From IMG/VR virus record IMGVR_UViG_3300002461_000401, positions 1 through 64,000 of that record: a stretch of DNA of 64,000 nucleotides; one strand, written 5' to 3'. The stretch's first letter is position 1, and each line of letters begins with the position of its first letter. Positions 53,249 through 60,297 of this stretch are shown piece after piece. Under the pieces are notes generated by a model. It had not been told where the DNA came from. It ran no database searches and saw only the letters and a list, made by a program, of their open reading frames with translations. The position numbers were made by a program, and so were the translations under genes. This DNA is from a virus.

Positions 53249-53766
53249 TGGTGATCAACGGCAACAACCTCATCCACCATCAGCCGATCCTCAACATGGA
53301 GCGCCACAAGTGGCGCGGCCCGAGCGGGGCGTCTTACGGTCTCACTGAGGCCGGCTACGACATCCGCATCAAGCAGGCCATCACGTTTCGCCGTGCGCCC
53401 AATGGTGAGCAGGAAGTGCTGCGCGAGTGGATGGATGATGAGGGTGAAACTGTCCTCTCCATCACCAAGGGTCGGTTCATCCTGGCTTCGGCGATGGAAG
53501 AGTTCATCATGCCGACCAACCTCATGGGCATCGTCCATGACAAATCCACTTGGGCTCGTCAGGGACTGTCGGTGTTCAACACCGTCATCGAGCCAGGTTG
53601 GCGAGGGTTCCTGACACTCGAGTTGGTCTATCACGGCCAGGACGAGCTCAAGATCGAGGCCGGCGCTGGCATCGCCCAGGTGATCTTTCACAAGCTGCAC
53701 AACCCGGCCAACTACACCGGCCGCTACCAGGACCAGGATGACTGTCCTGTGCCGGCGAGGCTGTGA
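53248..53766 (+). CDS. dcd: dCTP deaminase / dUTPase-superfamily enzyme
   Basis: 172 aa from the ATG overlapping the previous TGA. GYDIRI, HDKSTWARQGLSV, IEPGWRGFLTLELV, AQVIFHKL. Confidence 0.8.
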   Translation: MVINGNNLIHHQPILNMERHKWRGPSGASYGLTEAGYDIRIKQAITFRRAPNGEQEVLREWMDDEGETVLSITKGRFILASAMEEFIMPTNLMGIVHDKSTWARQGLSVFNTVIEPGWRGFLTLELVYHGQDELKIEAGAGIAQVIFHKLHNPANYTGRYQDQDDCPVPARL

Positions 53767-53966
53767 TGTGGAGGCGCTTCATGGCCGCTCTGCTGGTTGG
53801 AGCGGGCGATTCATGGGTGTCACCCTGGCTCCGTGATTCGGGGCGACTCCCTCACGACAATCACCCGACCCCGAGAGAGCTTCGCCGGCTCTCTCGGAAG
53901 GGAGCCAAGGGCTTCAAGCTAGGCCCGGCTCCCAAGACGCGCCAGCAGGTGAAGAGACACCAATGA
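53763..53966 (+). CDS. hypothetical small basic protein
   Basis: 67 aa with overlapping start. Confidence 0.4.
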   Translation: MMWRRFMAALLVGAGDSWVSPWLRDSGRLPHDNHPTPRELRRLSRKGAKGFKLGPAPKTRQQVKRHQ

Positions 53967-54160
53967 GCGCGACCTTCTCTCTGCCCACTTCGGTGGTGCA
54001 GAGGCTTAATGCCGGTGAGCTGCCAGAGGCAGTCGCCAAGCTCCAAGAGATCCGCGGCATCACGCGACTCAAGGCGATCCAAGAGATCAATGCTTGGCGG
54101 GAGGCACGAGCCAAGACCCTCATCATCAACGCCAACCAGATTGGCCGCAAGGTTCACTGA
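53963..54160 (+). CDS. hypothetical small protein
   Basis: 65 aa with overlapping start. Confidence 0.4.
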   Translation: MSATFSLPTSVVQRLNAGELPEAVAKLQEIRGITRLKAIQEINAWREARAKTLIINANQIGRKVH

Positions 54161-54161
54161 C

Positions 54162-55064
54162 ATGACGATCTTCAAGCCCATGCTCGCCGGCAAGGCCGAC
54201 TTTGCGACCATTCGCTTCCCCCTCCTAGCCTCCGGCAAAATCGACGGTATCCGGTCCATGGCCATGGAAGGGCGGGCAATGACCCGCTCCATGAAGACCG
54301 TGCCGAACCTGCACATCAAGAAGCTCTTCTTCGACCACGGCGCTGAGATGCACGGGCTGGATGGTGAGTTGATCGTTGGCAATCCCACCGATCCTGACGT
54401 CTATCGCAACACCGTCAGCCAGGTAATGGCCGAAGAGAAGGTGCCGGTCTTTCGGTACCTGGTGTTCGACCTGTGGGACTACCCAACCTCTTCGACCGAG
54501 GACCGGCTTCGCTGGCTCAAAGACCGTATGGGGGGTCTTCCCAGCTTCGTCGAGCTGGTAAAGCAGAAGCTGATCCGCGACCTGGCAGAGCTCGAGGACT
54601 TCGAGGCTGAGTGCCTGCAGCTCGGCTACGAGGGCATCATGACCCGCGATCCTAGAGCCAGATACAAGCAGGGTCGAGCCAGCACGAAGAGCCAAGAGCT
54701 GCTGAAGGTGAAGCGGTACGAAGACTGCGAAGCCATGATCATCGGCTTCGAAGAAAAGATGCACAACGGGAACGAAGCGCAAACCAATGAGCTAGGACGC
54801 ACAGCGCGCTCGTCGCATCAGGCCAACAAGACCGGCCTGAACACCTTAGGTGCTCTCGTGGTCCGCGGCATCGCCGGCACGCCCTTCGACGGCATCGAGT
54901 TCAACATCGGCACCGGCTTCAATGACGCCGAGCGTGCTTCGATGTGGAGCCAGAAGCAACAACTCACCGGTAGCCTGGTGAAGTTCAAGTTCTTCCCGGT
55001 CGGCGTAAAGGAAGCTCCCCGTCACCCAGTCTATCTTGGAGCACGAGCTTCCAGCGATCGCTGA
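54162..55064 (+). CDS. ATP-dependent DNA ligase (minimal, ~300 aa)
   Basis: In-frame ATG (MTIFKPMLAGK) of track ORF 54009..55064. Adenylation motif I SGKIDGIRS (KxDG). EGIMTR and LLKVKR motifs. Confidence 0.85.
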   Translation: MTIFKPMLAGKADFATIRFPLLASGKIDGIRSMAMEGRAMTRSMKTVPNLHIKKLFFDHGAEMHGLDGELIVGNPTDPDVYRNTVSQVMAEEKVPVFRYLVFDLWDYPTSSTEDRLRWLKDRMGGLPSFVELVKQKLIRDLAELEDFEAECLQLGYEGIMTRDPRARYKQGRASTKSQELLKVKRYEDCEAMIIGFEEKMHNGNEAQTNELGRTARSSHQANKTGLNTLGALVVRGIAGTPFDGIEFNIGTGFNDAERASMWSQKQQLTGSLVKFKFFPVGVKEAPRHPVYLGARASSDR

Positions 55065-55101
55065 TAGCTACCACCGCCACACAATCTGAGTGAGATCCAC
55101 C

Positions 55102-55314
55102 ATGGCTGACGACGACAAGTCTGCCAGCGAACTCGTGCGCGATGATCACGCCAATCGCTGGTACTTCTTCGAGAACGGCGTGAAGCACACCGTCCCGAAA
55201 CTCCCCATCCTGCTCGGCTTCCCGGAGTTCTACCCGCCCGGCGAAGTCACCATGCCCGATGGCTCCAAGCGCCAAATCTTGGTCGAGCCCATCGAAAGTG
55301 AACTCCATCCTTGA
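55102..55314 (+). CDS. hypothetical small protein
   Basis: 70 aa from ATG 55102. Confidence 0.45.
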   Translation: MADDDKSASELVRDDHANRWYFFENGVKHTVPKLPILLGFPEFYPPGEVTMPDGSKRQILVEPIESELHP

Positions 55315-55327
55315 AAGGACAAAGATC

Positions 55328-55612
55328 ATGGACCTCTTCCATGTGATTGACGACGCGCACGCCATCCTTCGCTTAAAGGGGGTGTTTCGCCAGGTCGCCT
55401 TGTTCCGCCGCGCCGACGAGATGTTCGCCAAGTGGGGCTCGGGCTTCATCCGCCTGCTCCCCTGCGGCCACACCACGCAGCCCAACGTGTCTTGGATTGA
55501 TCTGGACCCGGGCAAGCTGGCCTACATTAAGACGCCCAGCGCGCTTAAGATCCTGGATCACATCAATCAGAGCGCCGAAAAGCAAGCACCCCCACTGGCT
55601 GAGGGAGCTTGA
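55328..55612 (+). CDS. hypothetical protein
   Basis: 94 aa from ATG 55328, within track ORF 55259..55612. Confidence 0.45.
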   Translation: MDLFHVIDDAHAILRLKGVFRQVALFRRADEMFAKWGSGFIRLLPCGHTTQPNVSWIDLDPGKLAYIKTPSALKILDHINQSAEKQAPPLAEGA

Positions 55613-55615
55613 GCC

Positions 55616-55867
55616 ATGAGCGATATTGCTTGGGTAGAACGAGTGGCTCAGCTCCGTAAAGCACAGGATGCCCGTGTGACTGAGCTTCTCGAAGCCAACA
55701 ATCGTGAAGTGGAGCGCCGGCGAGTGGCTGAGCGTATCGTCCGACTGGCGGCTCAAGCCGTAAATAGAGAGCCCCGCGTTCAAGGAGGTATCCTGGTTCT
55801 TCAAGTGTACGCAGAGCCACTGCTGCAAGCCATTGAAGAGTGGTCAAACAAGGAACCAACAAAGTGA
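55616..55867 (+). CDS. hypothetical coiled protein
   Basis: 83-aa ORF. Confidence 0.45.
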   Translation: MSDIAWVERVAQLRKAQDARVTELLEANNREVERRRVAERIVRLAAQAVNREPRVQGGILVLQVYAEPLLQAIEEWSNKEPTK

Positions 55868-56859
55868 CCATCACAGCCAAGATCATCGCTGACTCGATCA
55901 GCTCCCAAGGTATCCGCATCACCACGATGCAGCTGCGCTATCCGCGGTTCATCCATGCCGAGTTCTTGACGCATCGGGTGTTCTCCCGGAACGCCAGCAG
56001 CTCACGGGCTGTGCCGGTGTCCAAGCTGATTGAAGACATCCAGCGTGACCCCGCCATGCCAATCCACTGGGGCAAGAACCAGAAGGGCATGCAGGCTCAC
56101 GAGGAACACGATGCCCCTGTTATTCTGGATCCCAGTGACCAGGATGGTGGCTGGCAATCAGAGCACGCGTGGCTCAGCGCCATGAACGTGGCTATTCACC
56201 ACGCCAAAGCGTTCGAGGCTGCTGGCTACCACAAGCAGATCGTGAACCGCATCTTGGAACCATTCAGCCACATCAACGTGCTGGTGACTTCCACAAGCTG
56301 GGCGAACTTTTACGCCCTGCGCCAGCACCCTGACGCTCAGCCTGAGATCAAGGCGCTGGCGGATGCGATGTGGGAGGCTCAGCAGGCCAGCACACCCAAG
56401 CTGCTGTACCCCGGTGAGTGGCACTTGCCCTACGTGGATCAGACCCCTGGCATGCCCGACATGGAGGGCGTTCGGGACTACATCAGCAAGCATGATGTCA
56501 GGGTCACCCCTGAAGTGCTTCTGCTGCGGGTCTCGGTCGCTCGGTGTGCTCGGGTCTCCTACCTGACCCATGAACAAAAAGTGCCTGTGATCGAGACAGA
56601 CCTGTCTCTCTATGAGCGGTTGGTTGGTTCGGTGCCTCTGCACGCCTCGCCGGCCGAGCACCAGGCCACACCTGACCGCTATGACCAGAGGGACGAACAA
56701 CTCTCTCGCCATGCTGCCGGGACGGATGATGGGCGTCACCCTGACTTTAGCCCCGAGCTCGCCTGGCTACCTCAGTGGGAGCAGCCTGAGTTGCACGGCA
56801 ACTTCACGGGCTGGATCCAGTACCGAAAGACCCTTCCGGGCGAGTGCATCACCGCCTGA
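55864..56859 (+). CDS. thyX: FAD-dependent thymidylate synthase ThyX
   Basis: ThyX signature LTHRVFSRNASSSRAV (RHRxxSxxxxSxR type). GTG 55864 overlaps the previous stop and has AAGGAA upstream; GTG 55840 is an alternative start. Confidence 0.88.
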   Translation: MTITAKIIADSISSQGIRITTMQLRYPRFIHAEFLTHRVFSRNASSSRAVPVSKLIEDIQRDPAMPIHWGKNQKGMQAHEEHDAPVILDPSDQDGGWQSEHAWLSAMNVAIHHAKAFEAAGYHKQIVNRILEPFSHINVLVTSTSWANFYALRQHPDAQPEIKALADAMWEAQQASTPKLLYPGEWHLPYVDQTPGMPDMEGVRDYISKHDVRVTPEVLLLRVSVARCARVSYLTHEQKVPVIETDLSLYERLVGSVPLHASPAEHQATPDRYDQRDEQLSRHAAGTDDGRHPDFSPELAWLPQWEQPELHGNFTGWIQYRKTLPGECITA

Positions 56860-56868
56860 ACGAGAAGT

Positions 56869-56930
56869 GCCGGTTCGATTCCGGCTCGCTGGTCGAGGCT
56901 TGGTAGGAAGGGAGGCGGTTCGAATCCGTA
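56869..56930 (+). other. two tRNA T-arm-like hairpins without a foldable cloverleaf
   Basis: GCCGG-TTCGATT-CCGGC (56869-56885) and GGCGG-TTCGAAT-CCGTA (56914-56930). I could not pair acceptor, D or anticodon arms of normal length. Confidence 0.35.
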
Positions 56931-56963
56931 GAGGGCTCTTGGGGAGCCAAATGACCCGGCTTC

Positions 56964-57007
56964 GGGGGCGGCCGTTAGCGCATCAGCGGAATCTGATGCA
57001 GGCCCCC
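56964..57007 (+). other. nested GC-rich RNA/DNA structure
   Basis: Outer stem GGGGGC/GCCCCC encloses a 7-bp stem GCATCAG-cggaat-CTGATGC. Confidence 0.5.
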
Positions 57008-57361
57008 GATCCTTTCTGGACAGACACACAGACAATCAGAGTTTGGATTCGTTCCGCTGAAGGTCAGGGCCGTAAGGGTGTGTCTGGGTTAAAGTCGAGA
57101 TCATAGACCCTCGGCTGTCCAGTCTAGTTCCTGATCGCCACCGGCTGTCAGTGCGGGCAGAGTGAGAACGGTCTCATTCGTGGTCCGCAATCTTCAACAC
57201 TACGCGGGTTCAACATCAACAAACTTTCGTTCAGTGACGGTTAAGCTCAAGTTTGTGGGATTCTGTTACCACTCAAGACCGTTAAAAGTTGGCTAACCTT
57301 GAAAATTATTCTTAAATTGAAGGAAAACGGGCTTGTTCAGCCGCTTACCTAAGTTGTATTA

Positions 57362-57778
57362 ATGTTCCAGCGCAACTCAAGTGGGAACAGTCCTATGAAA
57401 CCGGTCCTTCGCCCCAATCGTAAAGCGTCCAACGAAGATATCCTGCGCTACAACGGCATCGGCATGTCCCTCAGTGCCATCGCAGAGCGGTTGGGTTGCC
57501 ATCCGACCTCGGTAACCCTCCGGTTACGCGCCCTGAAGGTGGCTCCCGCTGACACTCGCCGTGCCTTCATGGAAGACATCTTCGGCGCAATGGACCAAAA
57601 CCTGGTCGAAGAGGTCGCTGACCTGCTCATGAACAACGAGAGCAACCAGCCCAAGTCCATCAAGGCCTATGTTCGTGAGCTGATCGTCGCCGACATTCTC
57701 GCCCGTCGCCTGTCCGGCCGGCCCGAGATCGGTGAAGCCTCCGACAACGACAATGAGGCTCCGAGCCAGGACGCCTGA
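57362..57778 (+). CDS. HTH DNA-binding protein
   Basis: 138 aa. NEDILRYNGIGMSLSAIAERLGCHPTSVTLRLRAL is a helix-turn-helix. The start is uncertain (alternative ATG 57395). Acidic C-terminus. Confidence 0.55.
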   Translation: MFQRNSSGNSPMKPVLRPNRKASNEDILRYNGIGMSLSAIAERLGCHPTSVTLRLRALKVAPADTRRAFMEDIFGAMDQNLVEEVADLLMNNESNQPKSIKAYVRELIVADILARRLSGRPEIGEASDNDNEAPSQDA

Positions 57779-57850
57779 GGCGCCGGCTACTCTGGACCCG
57801 TCATTTCCCTACATCCCTCAACAATTCGTTCTTTGGCCGGAGAATGCCCC

Positions 57851-58363
57851 GTGCAAACCGATCCGCAATACAACCAGCCGGCGAACACGGCGGCTGGGAT
57901 CTACAACTGGTTCCGCGCCGCGGTGCCTTACCCGACCGACAAGAATCTCCACGTCCAGCTGGGCGTTCACTTCGAAGAAGTGGGCGAGATGCTGGAGACG
58001 ATCCATGGGACGGACCTGCACACCGGCCAACTGATCATGGAAGCCGAGAGCGCCATGAAGGCTCTGGCCGATCACCTGAAGAAGGCCTCGACCACCGTCA
58101 TCGAGATCAATGAGCAGCACCGGGCCGACTTCCTGGATTCGATCTGCGACCAGGTCGTGACCGGCATCGGCTCAGCCTACATGCTCGGCATGCAGGTGAT
58201 CCCGGCGATCGCCGAGGTGAATGCCTCGAACTGGTCCAAGTTCGTGAACGGCGAGCCGGTCTTCAACGCCGACATGAAGATCGTGAAGGGCCCCAGCTAC
58301 TGGAAGCCTGAGCTCGCCAAGTACGCGAGTGTCAGCGTCTCTCTTGGGTCGATCGCCGCGTAG
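57851..58363 (+). CDS. MazG-like nucleoside triphosphate pyrophosphohydrolase
   Basis: GTG 57851 with GGAGAA upstream (the track uses TTG 57833). HFEEVGEMLE (ExxE) and FLDSICDQVV (acidic pair) fit the all-alpha NTP-PPase pattern. Confidence 0.55.
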   Translation: MQTDPQYNQPANTAAGIYNWFRAAVPYPTDKNLHVQLGVHFEEVGEMLETIHGTDLHTGQLIMEAESAMKALADHLKKASTTVIEINEQHRADFLDSICDQVVTGIGSAYMLGMQVIPAIAEVNASNWSKFVNGEPVFNADMKIVKGPSYWKPELAKYASVSVSLGSIAA

Positions 58364-58392
58364 GCCCCCCACCCCCACAACCCGCGTCTATT

Positions 58393-58427
58393 AGGCCTCG
58401 TTCCACCCGGAACGAGGCCTTTTCTTT
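58393..58427 (+). terminator. rho-independent terminator
   Basis: Perfect 12-bp stem AGGCCTCGTTCC-accc-GGAACGAGGCCT followed by TTTCTTT. Confidence 0.85.
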
Positions 58428-58437
58428 GGAAACACCC

Positions 58438-59763
58438 ATGAGCCCCGAACCCAAGACTTTCAACCTGAACCAGGGTCAACAGGCGGCCGCTGACTTCTTC
58501 TTCGAGTTTCTGCTCTCGGACAGCGAGAAATACATGATCATCAGCGGGCCGGCTGGTGTCGGGAAGTCCTACCTCACCGGCTACCTGATCGACCGCATCC
58601 TCCCGAACTACGAGAAGATGTGCAGCCTGATGGGCATCCAGCCGAAGTACCGCGAGGTCGCCATGACAGCGACCACGAACAAGGCGGCCGCGGTCACAGG
58701 CGAAGCCACCGGCCGGCCTTCGATGACCATTCATGGTCTCCTCGGTCTGGTTCCCAAGGTGGACTACAGCACTGGCAAGGTCAGCCTGGTTCGCACCCGC
58801 AACTGGAAGATGCACGAGAACAAGATCATCTTCGTCGATGAGTGCTCGATGGTGGACTACGATCTGCTGACCCAGCTCGATGAGAGCACGCTCAACTGCA
58901 AGATCGTCTTCGTGGGTGACCATTGCCAGCTGGGCCCGGTGAACGAGACCATCTCTCCCATCTACAACCACGGTCTGCCGTTCTTCAACCTGACCGAGCC
59001 CATGCGGAACGCCGGCCAGCCAGCTCTGGTGGATCTCTGCAACCAGCTGCGGAACACCGTCGAGACGGGTGAGTTCAAGCCGATCAAGACCTGCCCTGGC
59101 GTCATTGACCATGTCGATGCCGAAGTCATGCAGGATCTGATCGCGGAACACTTCCACGAGAACAACCCCTCAGGGCGCATCCTGGCCTACACCAACCAGC
59201 AGGTGAACGCCTACAACACGCACATCCGAGACCTCCGCGGCCTGCAGGAGGAGTTCATCATCGGTGAGCGCCTGGTGAACAACAACGCCTTCCAGATGGG
59301 CAAGCAGCGCATCCGCATCGAGGAAGAGGTTGAGATCATCAACCAGAGCTCCTCCACGGAGATGCTGGAGATCGAACGACCCCTTAAGGGAGCCAAGGTG
59401 GAACTGGAGGTCCGCCGCACCGACCTTCGTGACGCCTATGGCGGCGTGTTAGCTGGTGTTCCTCTGCCCGTGGATCGTCAGCACCACATCGACCTGACGA
59501 AGTACTACGCCCGTCAGAAGAAGTGGGAGCGCCACTACCACCTGAAGGAGAACATCCCTGATCTCCGGCAGCGTGATGCGGCGACAATCCACAAGGCCCA
59601 GGGCTCCACTTACGACATCGTCTTCGTGGACCTCGGCAATCTCAGCACCTGCCATCAACCGAACACGGCTGCACGCCTCCTCAACGTGGCAATTTCGAGG
59701 GCTCGCAGTCGGGTCATTCTCTACGGTGACCTCTCCGAAAAGTACGGGGGGAACCCCGTCTAA
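58438..59763 (+). CDS. SF1 DNA helicase (RecD/Dda-like)
   Basis: ATG 58438 lies downstream of the terminator. Walker A SGPAGVGKSYL, Walker B IIFVDECSMV, ATIHKAQGSTYD, VAISRAR. Confidence 0.85.
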   Translation: MSPEPKTFNLNQGQQAAADFFFEFLLSDSEKYMIISGPAGVGKSYLTGYLIDRILPNYEKMCSLMGIQPKYREVAMTATTNKAAAVTGEATGRPSMTIHGLLGLVPKVDYSTGKVSLVRTRNWKMHENKIIFVDECSMVDYDLLTQLDESTLNCKIVFVGDHCQLGPVNETISPIYNHGLPFFNLTEPMRNAGQPALVDLCNQLRNTVETGEFKPIKTCPGVIDHVDAEVMQDLIAEHFHENNPSGRILAYTNQQVNAYNTHIRDLRGLQEEFIIGERLVNNNAFQMGKQRIRIEEEVEIINQSSSTEMLEIERPLKGAKVELEVRRTDLRDAYGGVLAGVPLPVDRQHHIDLTKYYARQKKWERHYHLKENIPDLRQRDAATIHKAQGSTYDIVFVDLGNLSTCHQPNTAARLLNVAISRARSRVILYGDLSEKYGGNPV

Positions 59764-59775
59764 AGGAGAGTCTCA

Positions 59776-60279
59776 GTGTCTCACCACAAGCTGATCGACA
59801 CCATCACAGCTCAGCTCTTCAAAGCCGAAGAGCGCCGGCTGGACACGGCGTTGCACAAGATCAACCGAGCCAACCGAGAAGCAGGCGCAGCGACCGACGG
59901 CTTCTTCTACAACGGGCAGTTCTATCGCCCGCTGACTGGACAGCTGTTGGTCGCCGGCAAGGGTCATCCAAAGGCCATGCTCCATCCCAGCCTCCATGGC
60001 TCGATGGATGGTTTTCTCGCCGACAAGAAGCGCGTCGAGGACGAGCGCAAGTTCACCTACCAGACCCTCATGAACCTTCTGACGCCCTGCAAGTGCGAGC
60101 AGGACATCCGAAGCACCCTGCCTGAGTGCCTGAAGAGCTTCCTGCCGGAAGAGATCGCCACACTGGAGCGGCACACCACAGCCGCTTTCACGATCGAGAA
60201 CAATCCACGGGCGCTGCGGCAGTACGAGAAGATCCTCCCCACCATCGAGGCCTACTCCGTCTCGCAGCTCCTCTACTGA
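59776..60279 (+). CDS. hypothetical protein
   Basis: 167 aa. GTG start with AAGGAG upstream. Confidence 0.5.
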   Translation: MSHHKLIDTITAQLFKAEERRLDTALHKINRANREAGAATDGFFYNGQFYRPLTGQLLVAGKGHPKAMLHPSLHGSMDGFLADKKRVEDERKFTYQTLMNLLTPCKCEQDIRSTLPECLKSFLPEEIATLERHTTAAFTIENNPRALRQYEKILPTIEAYSVSQLLY

Positions 60280-60297
60280 TCGAGGACGTTCGTCACC

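Noticed and set aside
56810-56935. Possible tRNA gene(s) suggested by GTTCGATTCC and GTTCGAATCC.
   Set aside because: I could not build a cloverleaf. With the first T-arm, the only acceptor pairing leaves 25 nt for both the D and anticodon arms, and no 5-bp/7-nt anticodon stem-loop fits. The second T-stem has a mismatch and no complementary acceptor. It is reported as tRNA-like structure, not as a tRNA.
56860-57110. attP/integration module implied by tRNA-like 3' fragments.
   Set aside because: No integrase, excisionase or repressor gene is visible anywhere in the window, and the genome type (N4-like with a virion RNAP) is lytic. The idea is kept only as one possible origin of the fragments.
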